Shown piece after piece: positions 15,891-27,948 of a DNA stretch of 64,000 bases (the stretch's first letter is position 1; each line of letters opens with the position of its first letter). The notes below the pieces were generated by a model. That model saw only the letters and a program-made list of their open reading frames with translations. It had not been told where the DNA came from and did not search any database. Origin of the DNA: Selaginella moellendorffii (taxonomy: Eukaryota > Plantae > Lycopodiophyta). A program made the position numbers and the translations under genes. The stretch lies in contig NW_003314262.1 in NCBI RefSeq assembly GCF_000143415.4, forward strand, positions 5,535,876 to 5,599,875. Reading direction: 5' to 3'.

Positions 15891-16424
15891 CGGCCAAGGC
15901 CTCAGTTAACAATATGAGCCACTCTTGCCCACAATGTGGGCACACTATACTCCCTGGAAGATCCCTTCAAAATCTATCTAACCATGTTTCTATTTGATAA
16001 ATTCGAAGACAATGTTAAGGAGCCAAGATTGATGGAGAGGGGAAGACGGTCCAGCTTTATATATCATCCATGGAACACGGCATTGAGAGGGCCACCGGGG
16101 TCGGCCGTGGAGAAGGGGGAGGATTGCTCCGACTGCATTGTGTGTTCCAAGGGCCTGGTACACAAGTTTGATCAAGGGATACCTTCCAGCCTCTCCCGCT
16201 GCTCCAGAGACTTTAGAAGCAATGCAAAAGTGGGGACGGGCAGTGGTTCACTATCTGGATATATGTCTTTGGAGGAGCTGCTGGTGGGACTGTCCATCTT
16301 TGGCTCGCGAGGATGGGGATGCCACCGTGCTTGTACCTCTATGTAGCACGAACATACACAAGTTTCCTCGACTTTTCCAGGATCCATAACTTAATCCCAG
16401 TTCTTAGCTCTATTCGTCCAAGTT

Positions 16425-17120
16425 TGCTGCTAGCCAAGAGTGTGTGCTCCCTCGGAAGCCTCGTATAGCAAATGCCTAAGGCTCATCAAATGTGATCCAG
16501 TTCTTTGCCCTGTCTCCAAGGCCTCAAAGCGTGCCTCATACGCAACAAATTTCTCCCTGAATCATCGATCAGATACTTTCATCTCAAGCTCAAACTCGAT
16601 CAGAAAGAGTTGAGCTAGATACTTAACCTTATGCTGCTGTTCAACCATCCACCAGAGAGGTACAGAGCCTCAGAAACTAAAAAAGATCTCAATTCCTGGA
16701 TCAAGAAGGCCAAAGTTCTTTCTCTATCCAAGGACTTAAAGTTCTCACCAGCTTGTTTGAAGCTATCAATCATTGAGTTGTGGATCAACTCGATCACCTT
16801 GCCGTGAATCTAGCTCCCGCCAGGAAAATTGTCTAGCAAGAAAATGTGAAAAACAGAGAACAAAAGGGAAAAGTTGGGCTCCAGCTTATTTATATTTCCA
16901 TAGACATCTGGATACTTATGTAGGCATCCATATCCATCCCCTTCATGGACTTTATATCATCAGTACCAAGAAGAAATAGCCCCCACTTTAAACCTGTGAT
17001 ATTGATCGATCGCCATTGCTCCTGTCTATAATTTTCCCTCAAATCTTTGATTGCTCGCTTGAATCGACCGTATGAGAGAATGTGAAAAGCAAACCATGCA
17101 TTAGAAGACTCTCAAGGATC
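16425..17120 (-). pseudogene. GH1 beta-glucosidase 5' pseudogene fragment
   Basis: Collinear degenerate match to GH1-B ~11060-11950; a shorter copy lies at ~20240-20445. Confidence 0.8.
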
Positions 17121-17177
17121 CCTAGATTCTATATAAGATCCTTTTAGGTCTTATCCGAAACTAGGGTTCTTGAGAGA

Positions 17178-17662
17178 ATGTCGTACTTGCTGCCCCACCT
17201 CCACTCCGGCTATGTTGTGGATCAAGCGATCCTCACGGAGGACGAGCGCGTCGTGGTGATTCGCTTCGGCCACGATTGGGACGAGACGTGTATGCAGGTA
17301 AGCTGGAATCGCTCTCCCGGCAATCTCTTTGCCCTAATTCCGTGTCCTCGCAGATGGACGAGGTGCTGGCCAATGTCGCGGAGCCGCTCAAGAATTTCGC
17401 CGTGATCTACCTGGTGGACATCACCGAGGTCCCGGATTTCAACACCATGTACGAGCTCTACGATCCCTGTACTGTGATGTTCTTCTTCCGTAACAAGCAC
17501 ATCATGATCGACCTTGGCACCGGCAACAACAACAAGATCAACTGGGCGCTCAAGGACAAGCAGGAGTTCATCGACATTGTGGAGACTGTCTACCGCGGCG
17601 CCAGGAAAGGTCGAGGTCTCGTTGTTTCTCCCAAGGATTATTCCACCAAGTACCGCTACTAA
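17178..17662 (+). CDS. DIM1: U5 snRNP thioredoxin-like protein Dim1/YLS8
   Basis: Exons 17178-17297 and 17354-17662; MSYLLPHLHSG..RFGHDWDETCMQMDEVL..FFFRNKHIMIDLGTGNNNKINW..KDYSTKYRY. Confidence 0.97.
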
Positions 17663-17794
17663 GAAGGAACAAAAGAACAAAACAAGAACAAGATGGTAAT
17701 GGATCAATTTACGCGATTGCTAAGCGACTTCTCTTCTCTTTTACAGACTTTTCAAGCAGCAGTCCCGAGCTTAGAAGATCTTAGTTCGATCTAG

Positions 17795-18503
17795 TATTGG
17801 AAAAGGTATACTCTTTTCTAATAGAACAGACGACTTAATACTTGGGTCTTTTGTTTTTCATTTTTCATAACTTAAAGAGCACACACGAGAGGACGAAAGT
17901 GAATACCCGAACCACTTGCTTTACAAGGTGGTATCTCTGCAATGCGTGCCAGCAGACAACACGGTAAAAGGCTTCCCCCGCTGGATAACGAAGAGTCAAA
18001 GACAAAACACAGAAGGGGTGCTGCGGGAGAAAGAAATGCAGTGCTCCAGAGGACGAGCAGGATGGATGATATTCCCTCAAGGCAACAAACTTCAAGAGAC
18101 AAAACGAGGGACGTGATCACGGGAAGGACCAGAAACAAACTTACGGAAACGAGAGAAGCTGAAAGAAGAGAAAGGTTGAGACTTTAGAGCTCGTTGCTCG
18201 GCGTCACTGCTCCTTTCCCTTTCGGGACCGTGTGTGGAGATGAGGGTGTTGATGGCGACGATGGAATCCAGAGAGAGCTTTGCCGAGGGCAGGATTTGCA
18301 CAGCCACAGTGAGAAGAGTGCTGGTGGCATCGTTCTGGAGGACGCTGCTGGTAGAGTGCGGCTCCGAGCCGTCGGGAAGGATGACGAAGCCTGAGGGGAG
18401 CACATCAACGTGAGCTGGATCACCGCCTTGAATCATCATGTTGATCATGGTGAGCTCCACCTGGACGTAGATGATGAGGGAACCGGAAGCGTCAGTGCAC
18501 TCT
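17795..18503 (-). pseudogene. Truncated direct copy of the HD-Zip IV last exon and 3'UTR
   Basis: Matches 21110-21905 with deletions and a frameshift. Confidence 0.9.
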
Positions 18504-18514
18504 CCCTATTCCAG

Positions 18515-18945
18515 AACTGGAGACGCTGGCATCCGATCGTGGAATTCACTGCTGCTGGATATGTTGTAAATAGGGAGAGTGAAGTGAGCTTGGATATCGA
18601 CAAGGATGATGAAATCTGGTGGGCGGAACTGGATGTAGTACCGATTGCAGAGCTACTATTTTCCTGGTTCGGCAAATCCATCTAGCTGCTGCATGCAAAA
18701 CTCTCATGGATCCTAGTCGTGCGGTTTGTTTTCAAAGCAAACACCCAGCAGGAATGGAAGAAACCATGGCAAATTCCCTGGTAGACATGTACGCCCACTG
18801 CAGAAGAACATATGGTCGAAGCTCGAAACGTTTTCGATGAGAGACGTGGTTCACTGCTGCTGGGATATGTTGTCAACAGGGAGAGTGAATTGAGCCTGGA
18901 TATCAACATGGTCTGGTGGGCAGAACTGGATGTAGTGGTAGCATT
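18515..18945 (+). pseudogene. PLS-type PPR fragments
   Basis: SWNSLLL.YVVNRESEVSL, ANSLVDMYAHC, MVEARNVFDE, frameshifted; resembles the PPR gene at the window start. Confidence 0.7.
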
Positions 18946-20076
18946 TATACCATACGTAACCCTATTTTCCAGGGACTCCAGTCTTGCCTTGAAATGAGTC
19001 GTGCCAAGAATTTTGCTTCTGGAGAATCCATGGCTTGAGAAGTTCTCCAGCAGTGAAAGCAAATGTGGTTTCTTCCTCCGTGGAGCATTAAGGGTCTGGC
19101 AGTGCTGGACGTACTCTATTATATTAGCATTACCAAAGCATGGAGTATCTCTTATTGGAATCCTCCATGGCTGTAACACTTGTCTCATCCTATCTTACCT
19201 TCAACGAGCTAGACTATTCACCCATTCCATTGGAACGAGCTCAAGCAAGGATAGATTATTTCAACACGATTGCCCACTCGAAATTAAGAACCACCACCCC
19301 AAGTGGCCTTTTCGATTTTAACTCGCGGTAAGTGTCAGGTTTAGGAAAGTTGGTGGCGATGCTTTATCTGTTGTCAAGCAACACTACCAAGCTCTGTGCC
19401 TGTGTATCCTCAGCAAGTGTCATGGAGGAAGCTCTCCATCACTCCACCGGCCAGTGACAATGGCAGCATCCATGCTCTGAATGCAGTTGAAGAATACAGG
19501 CACACTCCAAGGATTGTATTGAATTTCTCTTCTTTTCCAGGGAGCATCTTGCAGCATGCAAGCTTCAGCTAGGCAGAGTTGTTCGAAGCACGTACTTCCT
19601 GTTGCCACCCAAACCTTATGGGGATGGGGGCAGAGGAGTGGGAAATGCTTTACCAGTTGAACGTCACTGTAGTTGTCCTTAGGTGTACAGACTATATAAC
19701 AGAGCGGCCGAGGACTTGGAAGTGGCGGCAGAGAAAGAAGATCCTCGTGCATGGTGATGTCGTCACCTCACTGATGCCAAGGGAATGGCATTTTCTTTTA
19801 TTTTTCTAGAGTTAGCGAGTCCTGGAGTGGAGAATCGTCAAGATTCCAGAGAACATTCAAGAAAATCCAAAGAGTGGTGAAGAGGAGGTCAGGGAAGTGA
19901 GAGTGTGGCATGACACAAAGAGGCGGAAGAATGGAGGCCAAAGCAGAGCCAATGTGGTGAAGCGGCGTATCTGGGTGCAGCAAGCAACTCAGGTGAGTAT
20001 ATTGTGGGCAAAAGTGGATCAGATTTCTGGTTGAAGTCTTGACTGAGTTATTGGAAGAATAAAAGCTTTATGTTCC

Positions 20077-20211
20077 TCCACAGCTCTTGGGGGTGTTGAG
20101 ACCAGGTTCTAAGTTCTGGATTGGTTTGTCATCATCATGTTTGGTGCATTGGCCGATGATGATGACAAACCAAGCCAGAACCCTGGGCTCAACACCCCAA
20201 GAGTTGTGGGA
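20077..20211 (+). ncRNA. Long hairpin, candidate MIRNA precursor
   Basis: Arms 20077-20138 and 20156-20211 are near-perfect reverse complements (~55 bp stem, one 6-nt bulge, a few mismatches, G:U on the + strand). Confidence 0.45.
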
Positions 20212-20534
20212 CACAAAACTTATATTCTTCCAAAAAACTGACTCACTCACCTTACAGTGAATCCAGGAAAAATTGTCTAACAATCAAATATGAAGAGAAG
20301 AGAACAAAAAGATCATAAGCTTTGTACCAGGAAAAGCTGGGCTCCAGCTTATGTATATTTCTATAGACATCTGAATACCTACATATCCATGCTTATCTCA
20401 TCGTGGAACGAGGTTAATTTGATCTCATCACTCAGTATCAAGAAGAAAATTTTATGCCACCATATGCTATGGAAAAATGCTTAATAAATGTTGCCCTAGA
20501 TTCTATATAACATCCTCTTAGGTCTTGTCCGATT

Positions 20535-20976
20535 CACCTCCACTCCGCCTATGTTGTGGATCAAGCGATCCTCACAGTGGACGAGCGCGTCGTGGTGATT
20601 CGCTTATTGGGACGAGACGTGTATGCAGGTAAGCTGGAATCACTCTCCCGGTAATCTCTTTGCCCTAATTCCGTGTCCGCGCTGATGGACGAAGTTTCGC
20701 GGAGCCGCTCAAGAATTTGGCCGTGATCTATCTGGTGGACATCACCGAGTCCCGGACTTCAACACCATGTACGAGCTCTACGATCCCTGTACCGTGATGT
20801 TCTTCCGCAACAAGCACATCATGATCGACCTTGGCACCGGCAACAACAACAAGATCAACTGGGCGCTCAAGGACAAGCAGGAGTTCATCGACATTGTGGA
20901 GACTGTCTACCCCGTCGCCAGGAAAGGTCGGGGTCTCGTTGTCTCTCCCAAGGATTATTCCACCAAGTACCGCTAG
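20535..20976 (+). pseudogene. DIM1 pseudogene
   Basis: Copy of 17195-17660 lacking the start codon and splice acceptor, with frameshifting deletions. Confidence 0.92.
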
Positions 20977-21207
20977 GAACAAAAGAACAAAACAAGAACA
21001 AGATGGTAATGGATCAATTCGCGCGATCGCTAAGCCACTTCTCTCTGTTTTTTTTACAGACTTTTCAAGCAGCTTGGAAGATCTTAGCTCTATCTAGTAA
21101 TGGTGGATTGGACAAGGTATACTCTTTTCTAGTAGAACAAGTCGACTTAATACTTGGGTCTTTTGTTTTTCATTTTCCATAACTTAAGAGCACACACGAG
21201 AGGACGA

Positions 21208-21312
21208 AAGTCAATACCCGAACCACTCGCCTTACAAGGTGGTGTCTCTGCAATGCGTGCCAGCAGACAACACGGTGAAAGGCAGGAAATTCCGAGGTGC
21301 GTTCTTGACTTT
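21208..21312 (-). promoter_or_regulatory. Conserved HD-Zip IV 3'UTR motif pair (stem-loop)
   Basis: Transcript carries AAAGTCAAGAACGCACC (21312-21296) and GTGGTTCGGGTATTGACTT (21226-21208), the complementary motifs known from class IV HD-Zip mRNAs. Confidence 0.8.
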
Positions 21313-21575
21313 CCCCTGCTGGATAGTAAGTAAATAACGAAAAGTCAAAGACAAAACACAGGCAAAAAGGACGGGGCTATGGAGGTTTCTGCCTGTTGCT
21401 GAGGGAGAAATCAACGCAGTGCTCCAGAGGACGAGCAGGATGGTTGATATCCCCTCAAGGCAACAAACTTCTTCAAGAGACAAAACGAGGGGCGTGATCA
21501 CGGGAAGGACGAGAAACAAACTTACGGAAACGAGAGAAGCTGAAAGAAGGGAAGCGATCTTCGAAGGTTGAGACT

Positions 21576-24500
21576 TTAGAGCTCGTTGCTCGGCGTCAGT
21601 GCTCCTTTCACCTTCTGGACCGTGTTGGAGATGAGGGTGTTGATGGCGACGATGGAATCCAGTGAGAGCTTTGCCGAGGGTAGGGTGCTGATGAGGATTT
21701 GCACGGCCACGGTGAGAAGAGTGCCGGTGGCATCGTTCTGGAGGATGCTGGTGGTCGAGTGCGGCTCCGAGCCGTCGGGAAGGATGACGAAGCCCGAGGG
21801 GAGCACAGCTACGTGAGCTGGATCACCGCCTTGAATCATCATATTGATCATGGTGAGCTCCACCGGGGCGTAGACGACGAGGGAACCGGAAGTATCAGTG
21901 CAGCTCTCTTGGAGGAAGAGCATCTGGTTCTGATTAGCGTTGAGAGTCTGGTTGAGAGCCTGGACGAGCAAGAAAAGATGGTTATGATCGAACAAAGTTG
22001 CGAGAGGAGAAGCTTACATCGATCCGGAAGAGAGAGACGTCGTTCCCGGTGGCTTGGCCTTTGGCGATGCGGGCTACTTCCTGAACCATTCCACTGTTAT
22101 CCCACTGCGGAGAACCACAAAGACATCAGCGAAAGGACAAGGCTTTGAGAGTCACGAGCAAGAAGGACGTACCTCGCTACGGAGGTGCTCGCTGCGGAGA
22201 TAGTCAAAAACTCGGGCTGGAGCCAACGGGAGCCAGAGCGTGGTGGCAGCGCTGAGAACTATGCCGTGGGGCTCGCCGGGGTTGTCGACGCTCTTGCGCG
22301 TCATGACACGGATATCGTCGTGAACGCTGCCAGAGAGTGTTGTCCACTGGCTGCTCGGAGCACCAACGCCGGCGCAGAAGTTAGTGGTCATGCGCTGCGA
22401 GAGCTTGAGCAGGGACTGGCGAGCAGGAGAGTTTGGAATCACTGCAAACAAGACGGCACGTAAGAACTCGCTGGAACTCTAGAGGATGGAACTCTCACCT
22501 CCGATTTCTCGAGCTGAAGCGAGACCCGGGAGATAGCAAGTCAGTGCTTCGCACTGACGCTGGAGAGTGGCCAGCCACTTCCGCGCACCGAAGGCTCCAC
22601 CGCTACTCACCAAGGATTTAAAGAGCTGATGGACGGGCTGGTCGTCGTACTCCATATGTTCCACGACAACAACCTGAGAAGACGAAAGGAAACGAACAAA
22701 AGTTAGCGATGAAACCAGACGAAAGTAACCTGAAAACTAGGACGAGACGAAACCGAAGAGCGACGAAAGAAACGTAAACGAAACTTAAGATGAAACCAGA
22801 CTAACGAACGAACCGAGAGACTTTATACCTTGGAGCAGCCGTTTGGCATGTCGTGGATAGAATCCGGCATGTCTTGGATTAGCATTCCCGATGGAGAGCG
22901 TCGGCAATGCAGCGAAGCTGGGGATGGCGTTCCATGGAGACCATCGACGGAGACGTCAACCACGGCCCAGGTGCTGTCCTGATGCTGCTTGCAGTAACGA
23001 AGGAAGTAAACTTCCCTGGTCTGCATCAGCGGGGAGAGAGCTTGGATCTCGGCATACATCTAGAGGAGGGAGAAACGTAAGAACAATCAGCATGAGACTT
23101 GAAAAACAGCGTTGCATACCAGCTGCAGTGTTCCACTTAAACTACCGGGAGCACAAGAGATAACTTCCAGCGTCAGTGCTTTTGAAACGTTCGTGCAAAA
23201 CATCTCCATCCACTTCGCCTGGCAAGGAGAAAAAAAAAAACTCGTGAGAAACGAAAAACCGAGTTACGAACTAGAACATACCGGATCCATGAGAACTTCG
23301 ACCAAGCTCGCGGCGTTCATCATCACAAGCCCATCATCGCGAGTGGCATCGGTCTTGAAACCATACTGCTTGCTTTCGACGAACTTTGGAAACTGGCGAA
23401 CGTACTCGTCGTAGTTAAGCACCTCCTTGGAGGCGTCCGGGCTTGGGATCCACACCGGCGAGTCAGGCTGTGCGAGCTGGACGAGCTCATCCATTGCCAT
23501 GACTGCCAGGTCAAGGACGCTGTTCTTCTCGACGTCGCTCAGGACAACAGATTTGTTGGTGCTAAGATTGTTGGAGTTCGAAAGCTCCTCGACTCCTGAT
23601 GGTGGCGCTGAAAGTAATCCAGCCACCTGTGCTGGAGGAGACATCGGATTGCTCCCTGCAGCACCCTGGATGGAAAGGTTTAGAGACGATCCGGAAAACT
23701 GTGGAGCTTGTTGGGAAACCATCGGCGGTACTGATCGTCCAAAAAGCTTTGCAGCGACAGCAGACACTCGATCGAGCTGGACAAACAACACAGAAACTTC
23801 GTCGTTAGAACTCGGGACAAACAAATAAGACCAAAGACCAGTACCTCGTCCTTCAAGCAAGCGTTCTCGATTCGCAGGTGCTGCTCTTCGAAGGACATCT
23901 CTCGCAGAGTTGCAGGGCCTCCGCAGTTTGGACACGATGCATTGCGTATCGCCTCGCGCATGGTGATGTTTTCAGCGCGGAGCTTCTCCACCTCGTGGCG
24001 CAAAACGTTGTTCTCCGCTCGCTCCTGCTGGGCCTGGACAGGCAAGGAAGATCTTTACGTCAGAAACGCCAAAGAAAAGCTTTTGGAGCTTCTATCCTAC
24101 CTTGAGCTGCGTGCGGCGATTCTGGAACCAGAACTTGACTTGCCGAGGCTCCAGTCCTAGCTCCCGGCTCAGCTCCTGGCGCTGCTTATCGTCGGGATGA
24201 GGACACTCCTTGAACAACCTGGCACGAAGAAAGATAAGTTCTCATCATGCTCTCGGCTTGCAGTACTTACGATTCCATCTCTTGAATCTGCCTTGCAGTG
24301 TGACGATGATAGCGCTTCTTCCTCGGCGGTTCCTGCTCGTCACCCGACGCGTTTCCCATGTTCTCGCTGCCGCTGCCGGACCGGCTCTCGTTCTCATCCT
24401 CCTTGCTCTTGCTCTTGACACCGAGCTCGCCATCGGGAGCCGGCTTGGACTCCAGCTGCATCTCCGGACAGTTTGGCTGCTGCTACAGCACGGACACGAG

Positions 24501-24980
24501 ACAGTGAGCAACGCTTCTCAAGATCTTCCGGCCATTCATAGCCTCCCGGAGACAACACCCAGCGAGCAAGAAGCAGGCAAACATGCTTGGAACAGCTAGC
24601 CGCGAAGGTCAAAACCAAAACTCTCAAGCTCCATTCAATGCAACCGTTGCTGTTCTTGCAGGATTCTCACACAGCCACGGAACCCATGCACGCAAGCGGA
24701 CGAGCTAAGGCTAGACCAACGACGCAAGAACCACAGAAAGACATGAAAGCTAGAGCCTTTTGAAGGACATGAAAGCTAGATGTTTTTTTGGAGGACTTAC
24801 CAGGCCGAGCGAGAGTCCAGGAGAAGTGAAAGAGTTCTTCATCTGAGGCGGCATGCCTGGAGCGCCCCTGTTGATGAGCCGCGACGCCGACATTGGAATG
24901 TTTGCGAGGTCGGAAAGACCCATAGCTCCAAAGCCGGCATTGTCCGCCAGGAGAGCCACCGTCGGGCCGTCAAACCTCAT
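21576..24980 (-). CDS. Class IV HD-Zip transcription factor (ANL2/ML1/GL2 family): homeodomain, zipper-loop-zipper, START, SAD
   Basis: SPGLSLGL; [47 protein letters not shown]; CPNCGG; [10 protein letters not shown]; [11 protein letters not shown]; [16 protein letters not shown]; [11 protein letters not shown]. Confidence 0.97.
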
Positions 24981-27885
24981 CTTCGCTGGTAAGCTCGTGG
25001 CTTCCTTCTCTTCCTTCTAACTCCTTTCTTGGCTTTCGTCCTTGCAGACGCCCGCTACCAATCTAAACTAGAAGTGTAAGCAGTGATATGATCTTTTTTC
25101 GTGTTCTTCCTCCGTGACCGTGTCCACTTTGCCAGGATCCCCTATCTATCCTACGATTCAGGAGGTCAGAGAATCCAGCCAGCGAGAGGAAATGGACCAG
25201 AGAGAGTGTGGGAGGCCAGAGCCGAGTACATGAAACGTACGTATATATCTCACCAGAGAGGAAGAAGAAAAAAGAGAGAGCACTTCGTCGTGAAAGAGAG
25301 TGAGATGATAGTGTGAGTGATCTTCTCCTTGGTTTCTCTCAATCTATCTTCCTATCTTCGTTTTGCTGCCACTTCTCGAGCGTTCTTGCCTCCACCACCC
25401 TCTCCAAAAGAGCCCAGAGAGAAAGAGGGAGAATGAAGGCAAAGCACGGCTGCCTTCTTTCTCACTCTTTCTCCCCCTCTCGAAGCGCGCTACCTAATGG
25501 AGCCTCAAAGCTCGCGCAGTGCCGCGCCTCAATCCCGGGCGATCCCGCGACTGTCCATCCGCATTGCTCACGCGGCGCGCTCAGCCGAGAGGAAAGCCCC
25601 CTGGATCCTGCCCACCACCGACACAGCCCAGCTCCGGCGATGCCGGATTGACGCACCAAACTCGCAGATCCGCAATGTGGGTCGGCAATGTAGGCCGCGG
25701 GGATTCGTGGGCAGTGCTCCGATGGGACGATCGAGGCCTAGATCGCTGTGGATGAATCGCTAGACCCCTCTCTTCTATCTCCAAAACAAAAGGATATCTC
25801 TCCCAGGAGCTCTAAACCCCTCTTTTTCGCTCTTTTTCTATACGATCTTCTCTCTCTCCCAGGCCAGGTGCGTGCCGATTAAATGCTCTGGATGAATAAA
25901 CAAATGCGCGGCGCGGCACAGTGGATGAGAGAGACGAGGACGCGCGCGAGTGAGAAGATCTCTCTCTCCTCTCTTTGCGAGCGGTGCGAATCGAGACTGG
26001 AATCCTTGAGAGCTCGAGGCAATTAGCGAATCCAGCGGAGTGGTGGTAATCAGTGCTCAAAGTGGTGGTGAAAACCACCGAATTGGGGAAGAAACCGATG
26101 AGAGCTTAGCACGCCAAGAATCTCTCTCTCTCTCTCTCGTCAAGCTCTCGTCAATGTTCCTTTGTTGATTTCTTTCTCCTTTCCTGCAGTTTTTTTGTGC
26201 ATGGTTTTTTCCTTCTTTTCGCGTCTCTAATCCTCTGTGAAATCGCAGAGATTTCCACAGTGATGGCATTGAATGCGATTGCCACAGGCTTGCCCGCTTG
26301 GCGTCTCTGTGTACCGCGCGACATTAATTGCGTATATGCACTGGCTCGCTGGCCCCCAATTCTTAGCAGGGGAAAAAGACGAGACGTGTCTGCTGCAAAT
26401 TTCTGCTTGATCATCGAAATTCGTCGCTAGGCCGGCTCCGTTTCCACCAAAGCGTTCGAATTCGATCGGGAATTACGAGCCAATCGACCGGAGCAGGGGC
26501 AAAGTGATAGTGATCTTGCCCATTTTGCGGGCGCGAATTTTTTTGAAAATTTTGAAAATTAGGGCGCTGTTCTAGAGGAATCCTACGACCGTCATTAAGC
26601 CAGCTGTTACGCTTAACGGTTAGCGATTAAGTACTAGCTAACGGAAGTTCTAGGGACTTTTAGGTTAGGTCCGTTTTTTAACTTTTACTCCGGGGGCGTG
26701 CCGGCATTTATTGTAGTGCTCTGCCGTCGGATGGGCGATACTGGGCCTGGCAGCGACGGCTGCGATGCGGAGTTCGTGGGATGTTTCAGGTCAAAAACGC
26801 ATGGCTCGGTGTTTCAACTTGTCGATTGCCAAGATTTTTAAGCATCGATGCGAGTAATCTAATCTACGTGTTTGCATGCTTCGATTGTTTACCATTTTTT
26901 TTTCTAGTTTCTCACCTCGTCGGTCAGTGACCACCTTGAAATTCATAGAAAATGGGCTTGTTTCGATTGATTCGTCTTGCCTTAATGCTGCAAGAACTCC
27001 GCTCAGTTTGTGTTGTTTTGCTTGCTTGCGGATCAAAAACATTCTATAAGATCAATGAATGCTGCACACGGGTTTGGGTTTTGTTTCCTCTCGTCGCCCT
27101 CTTTCCAGGATCAAGTCTCAAGGACATGGAGTTAATATCTGGGTTGCTCAATCTCCCTTTTGGTTATCCTGACGTTTTTTTAACCTTGATCCAGCACAAA
27201 CCCTAGAAAAAGGTGGTGGCGTGGCAGATATCACGTCTTGGTCTCCCTCCCAAACTGCACATTCAATTCCCCTGCGGCAATTGCCAATGTGGCATGCAGC
27301 TGCTACGCAAAAGGAACGCATTCAATTCTCCTGCGAGATCCATCGCTTCGTCTCGTTCGTCTCGAGACAAAAACGGTGGCAACACAACTCAACTCACCAG
27401 CTGTAATTGAAGCGAACTCGAGACCTCACTGCTCGGCCCGCCACCTTTGCTGTTGTTCATTGAATCGAAACGAAATCCACCCATCCGCAGAGCGATCCAG
27501 TCCAAACGTTACATTGATCTTTTCTATGCTTCGTCACACCCTTGGATTCTTTCCCAGCCTTTTATTGTGCTTGTGACGTGAGAGTTTTCTCTCTCCGTGC
27601 CGTGCCGCGCGGCATACCGCCCGCCGGCGGCACGGCGTGGCGGCACCGCCTGCTGGGATGTTGACCGCCACGCGTCATTCAGGTAGCTTTCCATAACCGT
27701 GTGTGGCGGCGATCTTGCCGGAAGATAATTCCCGATGGTCGTGCACACGCCACGTCATGTCTGGCATGCCATGCAATGCGCGTGAAAGAAATCAAATTTT
27801 CTGTTCTTACTTTTACCGCCATTAACTTTCTCACGCAACAGGATATTCTCTGCCGTGGAATATTCAACCTAGAACCCTAAAGAAT

Positions 27886-27894
27886 TTTCGCGCC
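27886..27894 (+). promoter_or_regulatory. E2F binding site upstream of CDT1
   Basis: TTTCGCGCC matches TTTSSCGSS about 55 bp before the ATG, next to telo-box-like AACCCTA; CDT1 is a known E2F target. Confidence 0.7.
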
Positions 27895-27948
27895 GAATGG
27901 AAAAATGTGAACGTTGGGGCTTTGTCTAGGGTTTTCCGGGAGCTCGCC

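Noticed and set aside
15936-16389. 136-aa and 83-aa ORFs with a PPR-like WYTSLIKGY string
   Set aside because: Too little motif support; probably a decayed fragment.
22677-22825. Repeated (G/A)ACGAAA words resembling a spaced array
   Set aside because: Irregular low-complexity HD-Zip intron; no constant repeat-spacer structure. No CRISPR array is present in this eukaryotic window.
25870-26715. L1-box autoregulatory sites upstream of HD-Zip IV
   Set aside because: Only near matches (TAAATGCT at ~25880, TAAATGCC at ~26705), not TAAATG(C/T)A.
27597-27650. GC-rich hairpin as a Helitron 3' end
   Set aside because: No CTRR terminus at the expected distance; short GC palindromes arise easily.
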